Under the pieces are notes generated by a model. The model did not search any database. It was not told where the DNA came from and was given only the letters and a program-made list of their open reading frames with translations. A DNA stretch of 64,000 nucleotides from a virus (lineage: Duplodnaviria > Caudoviricetes), in the IMG/VR virus record IMGVR_UViG_3300024283_000011, positions 5,564 to 69,563 of that record. One strand, 5' to 3'. The position numbers and the translations under genes were made by a program. Positions 24,611 through 32,670 of the stretch are shown one piece after another. How positions within the stretch are numbered: the stretch's first letter is position 1; each line of letters starts with the position of its first letter.

Positions 24611-25549
24611 TCACCATCCGCTCTCCTCCTCTTCGTCTTCCGCGCGCGTCGGCTCCCCGACGTCCGCCGCCGCCGGATCTTCGTCCTCGCTCTCGTCGAC
24701 CTCGTCCTCGTACGCGGGTTCGTCGAAGTGCTCGCCCTCGTGCAGCGCGCGGATCTTCGCGACGCCCGTCTGCTGAATCTGGCGCACCCGTTCGAGCGTC
24801 ACGTTGATCAGATCGCCGACCTTCTGCAGCGACACCCCGCCGCGCTCCTCGACGTCGGACGCGCACGTCTCCTCCAGGTCCTCCAGCGCCATGCCGGGGA
24901 AGTTGTATTTGATGCTGCCGTTGCGCGGGTTGACGTCGAGATAGAGATGCCGGCGACAGCCGACCCACGGGCAGGGCCTCGGCCCGTTGCGGCAGTCGTC
25001 CCTGGTCTTCGGCCGCAGCACCAGCAGCCGCTTGATCGGCGCCAGCTCGCGCGCCGCTTCCTTCTCGGCCTTGCGAAGCGGCGGCATGCCGATCGCGTGC
25101 GGTTTGCGGCGCGGCGCCGTCGTGCGCGGGATGCCCTGCAGCCAGCACTGACCACGTTGCGGCCACGGCCCGCGTAGCAGCTTGATCAGCGGGTTGCGCG
25201 CCTTGGTCCCGCGCTTCGGGCCGGTCTGCTCGCGCGGCGGCACGTCCTCGTCGGCGGCGGGGATCGGCAGTTGGAACGGCAGCGGGCGAAACGGCCCCAT
25301 CAGGCGGGCGCCCCGGCGGGCCCACTCGCGGCGGCGCTCCCATGCGGCGGCCCACGCTTCGAACTCGGGCGTGCCGGTCGGCGGCGCCGTCAGCGGCAGC
25401 TCCAGTTCGGGGGGCGGCTGGGCGAGCCAGGCGGCGCGGTCGCGCTCCCAGCGCAGCCGGCGCGCGGTCTCCAGTTCCTCCCAGCGCGCGCGGGCGGTGC
25501 GCGCGGCGGGGATGGGCGGCAGCAGGCCGATGGGCGACACGGCGCTCAC
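24611..25549 (-). CDS. Cys-rich module plus sigma70 region-4-like HTH transcription factor
   Basis: DCRNGPRPCPWVGCRRHLYLDV...ETCASDVEERGGVSLQKVGDLINVTLERVRQIQ; acidic tail. Confidence 0.75.
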   Translation of the reverse strand: MSAVSPIGLLPPIPAARTARARWEELETARRLRWERDRAAWLAQPPPELELPLTAPPTGTPEFEAWAAAWERRREWARRGARLMGPFRPLPFQLPIPAADEDVPPREQTGPKRGTKARNPLIKLLRGPWPQRGQCWLQGIPRTTAPRRKPHAIGMPPLRKAEKEAARELAPIKRLLVLRPKTRDDCRNGPRPCPWVGCRRHLYLDVNPRNGSIKYNFPGMALEDLEETCASDVEERGGVSLQKVGDLINVTLERVRQIQQTGVAKIRALHEGEHFDEPAYEDEVDESEDEDPAAADVGEPTRAEDEEEESGW

Positions 25550-26013
25550 TGCGCGGCGACCTCCGGCGGCTGGGCCCGCTCCAGCAGCTTCAGTACCGCG
25601 CGCGAGTACGGCGACGGCCGGCAGTGGCGGCGGCCCGAGTAGACCGACAGCCAGGCGACCGGCGGGGCGTTGCCGCAGAGACGGCGGACGTGGGCCAGGT
25701 GGCGGGCGCCGAGGTGGAAATTCAGGCGCGGGTTCATCAGGCCGGCGTCGCTGACGTGGTCGTAGCCGGCGGTGGCGAGGGTGCCCCTGAGCAACTGCAT
25801 GTAGCCCGCTTCACCGCGCGCGCCGATGGCGTCCCGGCGGAAGCCCGATTCGTGCATGGCGACGGCTGCGACGATCTCAGCCGGCAGGTCGTACCGCGCC
25901 GCCTCGCTCGCGATCGTCGCCGCCAGGATGCGCGCGCGGACCTCGGCAGGGCCGGGGGCCACGGGGAGGCCCTGGAGGCGGAGAATTAGGGCGGCGAGGG
26001 CCAGGGTCGTCAT
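25546..26013 (-). CDS. Lytic transglycosylase (SLT domain), exported
   Basis: AVAMHESGF, GEAGYMQL and L.NPRLNFHLGARHL motifs; hydrophobic N-terminus. Confidence 0.8.
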   Translation of the reverse strand: MTTLALAALILRLQGLPVAPGPAEVRARILAATIASEAARYDLPAEIVAAVAMHESGFRRDAIGARGEAGYMQLLRGTLATAGYDHVSDAGLMNPRLNFHLGARHLAHVRRLCGNAPPVAWLSVYSGRRHCRPSPYSRAVLKLLERAQPPEVAAQ

Positions 26014-26690
26014 GCTGCGCGCCTCCAGGGAATCCAGCCGACCATCACCTCGTCGACGAGATCCGACGGCACGCGCCAGCGCTTCTTGCCGGCCGGCTTC
26101 GGCGGCAGTTCATTGCCCGACGCCAGCAGCCGGCGCTCGACGGTCGCGCAGGCCACGCCGAGCCGTTCCGCTGCCGCCGCGAGTGTCTCGGTCTTCAGCC
26201 AGCGCTCGATCGCGTCGTTGACGTCATCGGGGTCGACGACGTGGTAGTGCCGGCGCGCCTTCGTCGGCCGCGACATCGACACCCGCAGTCCGACGCCGGC
26301 CCACTTCAGGATCATTCGCAGGGTCGAGATCGTGAAGCCGGTGCGCTTCGCCGAGTCGGTCAGGTACTCCAGTCCCTGCACACAGCCGAGCGGCAGGCCC
26401 ATGTGTTGCGCGCGCCAGTAGGTCACAGCCGGCGTTCGGCCGATCGTCTTGGCCAATTCCTTCAGCGACATCTCGCCCCACAGCATCGCGATCCGCCTGT
26501 CCTCGGCGGCGGTGAACCGGCGGCGGCGGATCACGCCGATGCGGTTCGCGCGGTGGTGGACGGCAACGGCCGTGCGGCCGAACTCGCGGGCGAGGCCGGG
26601 CGCGCCTTCCGGGATGTAGCGTGAGCGGATCGCCGCGTCCTCGGCGGGCGTCCAGGGGCGGAAGCGGGCGGTTGCTCCCTGGCAGCTCAT
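26010..26690 (-). CDS. Tandem Myb/SANT-like HTH protein
   Basis: WTPAEDAAI...GRTAVAV..RA and FTAAEDRRI...GRTPAV..RA, plus further HTHs. Confidence 0.65.
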   Translation of the reverse strand: MSCQGATARFRPWTPAEDAAIRSRYIPEGAPGLAREFGRTAVAVHHRANRIGVIRRRRFTAAEDRRIAMLWGEMSLKELAKTIGRTPAVTYWRAQHMGLPLGCVQGLEYLTDSAKRTGFTISTLRMILKWAGVGLRVSMSRPTKARRHYHVVDPDDVNDAIERWLKTETLAAAAERLGVACATVERRLLASGNELPPKPAGKKRWRVPSDLVDEVMVGWIPWRRAA

Positions 26691-27181
26691 TCCCGCCACT
26701 TCCACAGGTCGAAGCCGGGCGCGACCCAGGGACCCCACACCGTCAGCACAAGGTCTTTCGGGAAGCCGGTCGGGTGGCCCACGAACCGAATACGCGGGCG
26801 GATCGCGAGCACCAACGCCTTGCCGTGGATGTGCTCGGCGAAGTAGTTGGTGCTCACCGCCGCCGGGATCAGCATCGCGATCGTCGCGTGATGACGTTCG
26901 GCCGCGCACTTCGCCGCCCACGGCTCGATGTCACCGAAAGGCGGATTCAGCCAACGAAGCGAGCGCCCGCGCCAGCTGAACGACGGCGCCAGCGCATCCG
27001 TCCCGCCCAGCAGCGGCGAGCCCGGGCCTACCCACAGATCGCAGACGTGGTTCTCGCAGTTCGCCGCCAAGTCGAGGCCGATCGGACCGAAGCGGGCCTC
27101 GACGGCATCGAGAAACGCGCGCGGCGTGCCGACCACTTGCTCGCTGGCGCCGGGCCGCTGGCGTGGCATCGCTCGCGCCAT
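26687..27181 (-). CDS. Phage DNA N6-adenine methyltransferase (Dam-like)
   Basis: TPRAF, LDLAAN..N, WLNPPF and LIPAAVST.YF motifs. Confidence 0.8.
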   Translation of the reverse strand: MARAMPRQRPGASEQVVGTPRAFLDAVEARFGPIGLDLAANCENHVCDLWVGPGSPLLGGTDALAPSFSWRGRSLRWLNPPFGDIEPWAAKCAAERHHATIAMLIPAAVSTNYFAEHIHGKALVLAIRPRIRFVGHPTGFPKDLVLTVWGPWVAPGFDLWKWRE

Positions 27182-27564
27182 CAGCCCGCCGCCTTTCGCC
27201 CATTCGGACCGACCGGCGTCGTCAGCGCGCGCTCGACCGTCCAGCCAGCGCGGTAGATGCGGTGGTAGGCGGTGGCATAGGGGATTCCTTGGTCGGCCGC
27301 CAGCGTCGACAGGTGCGCCCGCTTGCCGTTGAACCGCACTCGGCCAGTTTCGGATCGACCGCACTTGCGGCACTTCGGCCGCCTCCTGGCATCCTTGGCG
27401 CGTTCCTTCGTGAACAGCTGGACGTGGCCGCAGTCGCAGGCGAACTCCCACGCGGCGACCGGGCGGATCGCCGTCCAGTTGCCGATCACGGTCCCGCGAA
27501 AGCCGCCGCACGTTGCACGGTGGTGGCCGGCGCGACCGCAGTCTTTGCAGACGTGTGCGCCCAT
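27181..27564 (-). CDS. HNH-family DNA-binding remnant with N-terminal zinc knuckle
   Basis: CKDCGRAGHHRATC, then W..ACDCG, then GIPYAT..HRI...GWTVERALTTP; no HNH core. Confidence 0.6.
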   Translation of the reverse strand: MGAHVCKDCGRAGHHRATCGGFRGTVIGNWTAIRPVAAWEFACDCGHVQLFTKERAKDARRRPKCRKCGRSETGRVRFNGKRAHLSTLAADQGIPYATAYHRIYRAGWTVERALTTPVGPNGRKAAG

Positions 27565-27740
27565 CAGCCCACCCCCACCGGTTCCCCGCTGTCCGTCTCG
27601 ATCTCCTCCATCGGCTGCCCGCAGTCGCCGCAGATGTTGGTTGCGGGGTTGCGGTCGCAGTCGCAGGAGTACTCGGTGCCGGCGCACAGGCACGCGGGTT
27701 GGGCGCGGCAGATGAATTGCGTGTCAATGCGTTCGGTCAT
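27564..27740 (-). CDS. Small Cys-rich protein
   Basis: 58 aa, 7 Cys including CGDCG. Confidence 0.5.
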   Translation of the reverse strand: MTERIDTQFICRAQPACLCAGTEYSCDCDRNPATNICGDCGQPMEEIETDSGEPVGVG

Positions 27741-28144
27741 CGCTGTGCCTGTTGCCGTTGAATGGTCTTGGTAGCCCGACACGCGCGACAGACGCGCTTG
27801 CCGCACCAGATGCGGGTATTTGCGGCATCGTAAGCGTGGCCGCGCGGACAGTGCGTCTTCGATGCGCTGACCGTCCAGAGTTCGCCGCGCTGTACGTTCT
27901 CTTTGTGAGTTACCGGTTCAAGATGGTCTGGATTGACGCAAGCCCGATTTCTGCAGGTGTGATCGAGTTCCAGGCCGGCAGGGATCGGTCCGATCATGGC
28001 CTGGTAGGCGAACCTGTGCGCCCTTCCCATCTTTCTTTCGCCAAAGCAGAACTGTCCGTACCCGTGATACGTCCGGCTCGCTTTCCATTCCCAGCAGCCA
28101 GGAGTGAACTCGAACTTCGTCCAAAAGCGTTCCAGCGCTGTCAT
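27737..28144 (-). CDS. HNH homing endonuclease (HNH_3 type)
   Basis: CWEW...GYGQF...AHRFAY...LDHTCRNRACVNPDHLEPVT..EN. Confidence 0.9.
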   Translation of the reverse strand: MTALERFWTKFEFTPGCWEWKASRTYHGYGQFCFGERKMGRAHRFAYQAMIGPIPAGLELDHTCRNRACVNPDHLEPVTHKENVQRGELWTVSASKTHCPRGHAYDAANTRIWCGKRVCRACRATKTIQRQQAQR

Positions 28145-28350
28145 CAGCGCACCATCCCCACGCCGCGCACCTTCCCGTCCGGGGTTGACCAACAGCTGAC
28201 CCGCTTCGCCCCCCGGTCGAACAGCCAACCGGCCACGGCGTCGGCCGTATCGAGTTCGGGCGCCACGATGAACCGCCCTTCCCGCGCCCGGCGCGCATCG
28301 CGCCACGCGAGGAGGCGGGAGGCCAGAGCTTCGAGGAGACGGAGGATCAC
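28144..28350 (-). CDS. Hypothetical protein
   Basis: 68 aa from GTG 28350, coupled to neighbours. Confidence 0.45.
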   Translation of the reverse strand: MILRLLEALASRLLAWRDARRAREGRFIVAPELDTADAVAGWLFDRGAKRVSCWSTPDGKVRGVGMVR

Positions 28351-28739
28351 GACGCCGCGCCTTCCGTCGTCGCCGCGCCCCGCGTGCAGTCGCACGGCAC
28401 CATCGCCCCCGGCATCAGCGCCGACGGGACCTGCTTCGTATTCAGGCACGCCTCGCAGCCGCCCTCGGGCAGCGCGATCCGCAGCGAGACGGCGTGCAGC
28501 GTATTGGCCATCGCGACGAAGTGGCCGGCGCTCGGGCGGTCGCCCTTCGCCTGCGCGTCCGCCGCCAGCCGCGCGCAGTGGTCGCGACCCTCGCGGACCA
28601 GGTTGACCGCGCGCTGTTGCTCCCAGTTCGCCGCCGCCGTCATCGCCTCGCGCACCCGCGCGCACGTCGTCCCGTGTTTGTCGCCGCACACCACGCCGGG
28701 AACCGTGTGCGCGATTCGGATCTGATCTGCCTCGGTCAT
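28347..28739 (-). CDS. Hypothetical protein with C-terminal CxxC...CxC
   Basis: 130 aa from ATG 28739. Confidence 0.5.
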   Translation of the reverse strand: MTEADQIRIAHTVPGVVCGDKHGTTCARVREAMTAAANWEQQRAVNLVREGRDHCARLAADAQAKGDRPSAGHFVAMANTLHAVSLRIALPEGGCEACLNTKQVPSALMPGAMVPCDCTRGAATTEGAAS

Positions 28740-29602
28740 GGCTGCACCTCGCCCGTCTGCTCGGCGGCGCAGGCGCGGATGTCCTCCAAGGCACGCTCGT
28801 TTGAGGCGAAGAAATGCGGGGCTCGCCCGGTCGACGCGCGATAGATCATCGTCGCCGCGCGCTGCGATCCATGCTCGCGCTCCAGCGCCGCGCCCTTCTC
28901 GCCGCCGAAGTTGATCGCCCAGCCGCCGCGGCAGTGGGTGGTCCCGCAGGCGGCATGCCAGGAACTCATCTCCAGGCTTCCGCCGCCGCTGGTGATGGCG
29001 GCCAGGATCTTCGCGTCCAGCGCTTCGATCACCGGGACCTCGGGGAAACGGGCGCGGTAATCGAGCATGCGTTTCTGGCGCGCGGCCTTGACCTCCTCTG
29101 GCACCGTCGGGCGCACGTACGGAGTCGGCGGATCGGGCGGCGGATTCGTTAGCCCCTTGGCGCGGGCGAGGTAGGTGCCGGCGAGGTCGGCGCCGGCGAG
29201 GTCGGCGCGGGCGAGGTAGGCGCCGGCGAGGTTGGCGTCGGCGAGGTAGGCGCCGGCGAGGTCGGCGCCGGCGAGGTCGGCGTCGGCGAGGTAGGCGCCG
29301 GCGAGGTCGGCGCCGGCGAGGTCGGCGCCGGCGAGGTCGGCGCGGGCGAGGTCGGCGCCGGCGAGGTTGGCGCGGGCGAGGTCGGCGCCGGCGAGGTCGG
29401 CGCCGGCGAGGTCGGCGCGGGCGAGGTCGGCGCCGGCGAGGTTGGCGCGGGCGAGGTCGGCGCCGGCGAGGTCGGCGCCGGCGAGGTCGGCGCGGGCACC
29501 TCCTTGCTCGCCACGCCTCCACATTTTGTGAAGACGAAGGATCTCTGCCAATTGCTCGGGCGTGAACTTCGATCGATTCTCGTTTTCGCTTGGCGTGGTC
29601 AT
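28736..29602 (-). CDS. Pentapeptide-repeat protein
   Basis: 22 consecutive A(G/R/D)A(D/N/Y)L-type repeats, plus a C-terminal [10 protein letters not shown] domain. Confidence 0.9.
   Translation of the reverse strand: MTTPSENENRSKFTPEQLAEILRLHKMWRRGEQGGARADLAGADLAGADLARANLAGADLARADLAGADLAGADLARANLAGADLARADLAGADLAGADLAGAYLADADLAGADLAGAYLADANLAGAYLARADLAGADLAGTYLARAKGLTNPPPDPPTPYVRPTVPEEVKAARQKRMLDYRARFPEVPVIEALDAKILAAITSGGGSLEMSSWHAACGTTHCRGGWAINFGGEKGAALEREHGSQRAATMIYRASTGRAPHFFASNERALEDIRACAAEQTGEVQP
29168..29497 (-). repeat. 15-bp coding tandem repeat (22 units) with a 75-bp higher-order duplication
   Basis: GCCGGCGCCGACCTC-type units; repeats 2-6 encode the same peptide as repeats 7-11. 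Confidence 0.9.
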
Positions 29603-29982
29603 GTCTCTTTCCTTTCGCTGTCGTTGCTCGTTTCTGTCGTGCCGCCCCCGGGAGTCGAACCCGGCATCGCTTCGCCGGCCGCCGAAAGGTTTGAAAGCTC
29701 GGTCGACGGTTGCGAGGGACCAGACCGGGCGGCCTGCGCGGATTTGTTGCGGAGCGTTTGGGCGGCGCGCGCGTAGTCGGCGGGGTCGGTGAAGCGCGCG
29801 CGGCCGGTTTCAATCAGGACCAGCTTCGGGGCCGGGATGCGGAGCTGCTTCGCGGCTGCGGCGATGTCGAGGCCCAGCGAGCGGCGGTGGCTGCGGAGGC
29901 GGGCGCCGCGCGCGTCGGGCGTTTCGACGGCGGTGACCGGGTAGCGGTCGGGGGTCATCCAGGCGGGGGCTTCGTCGGTCAT
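29599..29982 (-). CDS. XRE-family HTH protein whose 3' end overlaps a tRNA-like element
   Basis: LRSHRRSLGLDIAAAAKQLRIPAPKLVLIETGR. Confidence 0.65.
   Translation of the reverse strand: MTDEAPAWMTPDRYPVTAVETPDARGARLRSHRRSLGLDIAAAAKQLRIPAPKLVLIETGRARFTDPADYARAAQTLRNKSAQAARSGPSQPSTELSNLSAAGEAMPGSTPGGGTTETSNDSERKET
29640..29733 (-). tRNA. tRNA-like element or pseudo-tRNA, possible anticodon UCA
   Basis: 7-bp acceptor GCCGCCC/GGGCGGC plus discriminator A; perfect T-arm CCGGG-TTCGACT-CCCGG; TTTCAAA loop. D and anticodon arms are non-canonical and there is no encoded CCA. Confidence 0.5.
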
Positions 29983-30125
29983 GGTCCCGCCACCAGTCCC
30001 AGCAGCCCGCACAGCGCCAGCGCGAAGCCGCTGCTCACTAACACCACGTACACCGCGTCCGCCGCCGTCAGGCGCGGCGGGGCGGCGAGGCAGATGCACA
30101 GGCGGGGTGAGCAGCGGGAGCACAT
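29979..30125 (-). CDS. Small membrane protein
   Basis: 48 aa, N-terminal Cys cluster and C-terminal TM helix. Confidence 0.4.
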   Translation of the reverse strand: MCSRCSPRLCICLAAPPRLTAADAVYVVLVSSGFALALCGLLGLVAGP

Positions 30126-30127
30126 GG

Positions 30128-31021
30128 TCAGAACGCGGTTCGTTGCTCGGTGTGCTGGTGCGGCTCTTCGCACGTCGGCGCGCACATCTCGCCAGGCGAC
30201 GTCTCGCCCTCCTTCACGCCCTGCGCGATGACAGCGCCCTTCTCGTCCTGGACGGCGATCCGCTTGTCGGCGCCGTTCTTCTTGCGCGGGTTCTTCAGCA
30301 GCGTCTTCGGCCGATCCGCCGCCTGCTCCGCCGCGAGACGATCGATCTCGGCGAGCCGCGCCTTCTCATTCGACTCGGCCACGATGTCGGCCCACGTCGC
30401 GGGCGGGAGCCACGAGACACCGTGCTTGCTGGCGTCGTAGAGCTTGCCGCCCGACTCGAAGTGAAACTCGGTCTTGTTGTCGACGGTCTGGTCCTGCCAG
30501 ACGTCGACCACCAGCACGCGCACCTGGCCACCGACCGCGAGGCCGTCGAACGCGCGGACCGCGGCTTCTTCGGCGAGGCGGGCGTCGCGAAGTTGCTCGG
30601 CCTCGTCGGGGGTGGCGGCGGCGAGCTGCTCTTCGGTCTTTCCCGCGTCGTCGCCCAACACCTCGGCCGGCGCCGGCCCGGGCGCGTCGCCCAGCGAAAG
30701 CTGCCGCTCCTCCGGGTCGAGGTCGCGCGTGTTCACCGGCTCGTTCGTGTCGAGGCGGTAGCACGTCGACTTGCCCGTGACCGGGTCGATGCGGTCCTCG
30801 ACTGCGACCTCGCGCTCGACGGTGCCGGTTGAGAGTGAGACGTTCAGCGAGTGGACCGACGTCTTCAGGTCCTTGATCGCCTCGCTATGCTCTTTCATCT
30901 CGGCCTTTTTCAGCGCCTCGGCCGCTTCGAGCGCGGTCTGCGCGGCGGATAGGTCGAGCGCCACGCGGAGGCGCTCCTCGTCGGTCAGCTTTACCGGTAG
31001 CCGCAGGGTCTTTATTGCCAT
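30128..31021 (-). CDS. Hypothetical protein (N-terminal coiled coil)
   Basis: 297 aa, strong codon bias, GAAAGGA ribosome-binding site. Confidence 0.65.
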   Translation of the reverse strand: MAIKTLRLPVKLTDEERLRVALDLSAAQTALEAAEALKKAEMKEHSEAIKDLKTSVHSLNVSLSTGTVEREVAVEDRIDPVTGKSTCYRLDTNEPVNTRDLDPEERQLSLGDAPGPAPAEVLGDDAGKTEEQLAAATPDEAEQLRDARLAEEAAVRAFDGLAVGGQVRVLVVDVWQDQTVDNKTEFHFESGGKLYDASKHGVSWLPPATWADIVAESNEKARLAEIDRLAAEQAADRPKTLLKNPRKKNGADKRIAVQDEKGAVIAQGVKEGETSPGEMCAPTCEEPHQHTEQRTAF

Positions 31022-31042
31022 CGTTCGTCCTTTCGCTTGGGT

Positions 31043-31294
31043 TCAGGCGTTGCCGGCGCTCTGCCGGCGAACTGGTTGCAGGCCCGCGATCTCGGTGCGC
31101 ACCCGCACGGCGATCCCGTGGATGAGCCGCTTCGTCTCCTCGATCTCGTGCGGCGTCATGTCGACCTCGTCGGCGGGCCAGTGGGTCGCGTCGGTGTCGA
31201 GGCGATGCTCGGCGAGTTCGAGCGCGACGAGGGCGGCGCGGAGTTTGGTGACGGTCTCGTTGCGGAGACTCGACTTTGGGACGGGGCGAATCAT
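31043..31294 (-). CDS. Hypothetical protein
   Basis: 83 aa, ATGA overlap with the helicase stop. Confidence 0.5.
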   Translation of the reverse strand: MIRPVPKSSLRNETVTKLRAALVALELAEHRLDTDATHWPADEVDMTPHEIEETKRLIHGIAVRVRTEIAGLQPVRRQSAGNA

Positions 31295-32670
31295 GCGAAG
31301 CTCCTTTGCGCGGCGTATTCCTCGGTGTCTTCGAAGCGGACGAACTCGGGGATCCAATCGACGGCGACCTCGCCCGTCGGCCCCCCGCGGTTTTTGTCGA
31401 CGATCATCACGGCCGGGTGGCGGCGCGGCTTGCCGGTGTCGTCGACCGTGAACGTCGGCGGCGGCGTGTCCCACCACGGGAAGATCACGGTGTTGGCGTC
31501 CTGCTCGATCGCGCCAGAGTCGCGCAGATCGGAGACCTTCGGTCGCCGCTGCGCCTTCACGTTCTCGCGGTTCAGCTGCGAGAGCAGGAACACCGGGTCG
31601 TTCAGCTCGGTCGCCAGCTTCTTGAACGCGCGGGTCATCGCGCCGAGCTCCTGGGCGCGGTTGCGCTCGTCGCTGTCGACCGACTGCACGAGCCCGAGGT
31701 AGTCGATCGCGATGATCGCGCGCGGCGCCTTCTGCTGCGCCCGCCAGCGCCGCGCCTCGGAGCAAATCCGCTGCGCCGACAGGAACCGTGTGTCGAGCCA
31801 GATCGGCATGTGGCGGATCCGGTTCGCGCTGCTATCGACCTTCGCCCAGTCGTCCGACGACAGTTTGCCGGCTACGACCTTGCGGCCGTTGACCGACGCG
31901 TGCTTCGTGATCGCGCGCTCGTGGATCTCCTGCTCGTTCATCTCCATCGAGAACAGCAGCGACGGGACGCCGGTGATCGCCCCATGCATCAGGATGTCGA
32001 GCATCCAGGCGCTCTTTCCCATGCCGGGCCTGGTGGCGATGACGATCAGGTTCCCGCCGCGCATGCCGCCGATCTGGTCGTCGAATGCGCGCAGGCCGGT
32101 TGTCACGAAATAGCCGGCGGGGTCGGTGGCGCGGTTTTCCATCGACGCCAGCGTCGCATCGAGGTTCTGGCCGATGTGGATCGGGCCGCCGCCAGTGCCG
32201 TCGCACTCGATGCGCGAGACCTTCTGGCGGGCCTCGGCGAGAAGCTCCTGGGTGTCGTACGGGTCGCTGTAGGCGCCGGCGGAGATTTCGGCGCACGCCT
32301 GGATCAGCCGGCGGAGTTGCGCCTTCTTCGCGACGATGCTGGCGAAGTGCCGGGCCTGGTCGCCGAGCGAGACCGAGTTCGCCAGCGCCAGCAGGTACGT
32401 CTCGCCGCCTTCGAGCCGCGGCAGCATCCCGCGCGCGCGCAGCTCGTCGGTAAGCTGGACGATCTCGATCGGGCGGCCGCGGCGGTCGAGTTCGAGCATC
32501 GCCTCGAAGATTTCGCGGTGGGCGGGCAGGAAGAAGTCATCGACCGCGAGATCGGCGATCTCGTCCAGCGCCGACGGCTTGAGCAGGACGCTGCCGAGTG
32601 TGGCCTTCTCGGCCTCGATGCTGTGGGGTGGAACGCGGGGGGCGGGCGCGATGTGTGCGACGGCGGCCAA
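31291..32670 (-). CDS. dnaB: Replicative DNA helicase, DnaB family
   Basis: PPHSIEAEKATLGS, ATRPGMGKS, IDYLGL, LSQLNRE and DLRDSGAIEQDA motifs. Confidence 0.95.
   Translation of the reverse strand: MAAVAHIAPAPRVPPHSIEAEKATLGSVLLKPSALDEIADLAVDDFFLPAHREIFEAMLELDRRGRPIEIVQLTDELRARGMLPRLEGGETYLLALANSVSLGDQARHFASIVAKKAQLRRLIQACAEISAGAYSDPYDTQELLAEARQKVSRIECDGTGGGPIHIGQNLDATLASMENRATDPAGYFVTTGLRAFDDQIGGMRGGNLIVIATRPGMGKSAWMLDILMHGAITGVPSLLFSMEMNEQEIHERAITKHASVNGRKVVAGKLSSDDWAKVDSSANRIRHMPIWLDTRFLSAQRICSEARRWRAQQKAPRAIIAIDYLGLVQSVDSDERNRAQELGAMTRAFKKLATELNDPVFLLSQLNRENVKAQRRPKVSDLRDSGAIEQDANTVIFPWWDTPPPTFTVDDTGKPRRHPAVMIVDKNRGGPTGEVAVDWIPEFVRFEDTEEYAAQRSFA

Noticed and set aside
29149-29514. TSPAP-repeat and RRPRR-repeat ORFs
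   Set aside because: Alternative frames of the 15-bp pentapeptide array.
29640-29733. Calling the tRNA-like element selC (tRNA-Sec)
   Set aside because: Acceptor/T stems are 7/5 rather than 8/5, there is no 6-bp D-stem, and no sel genes are present; kept only as tRNA-like.
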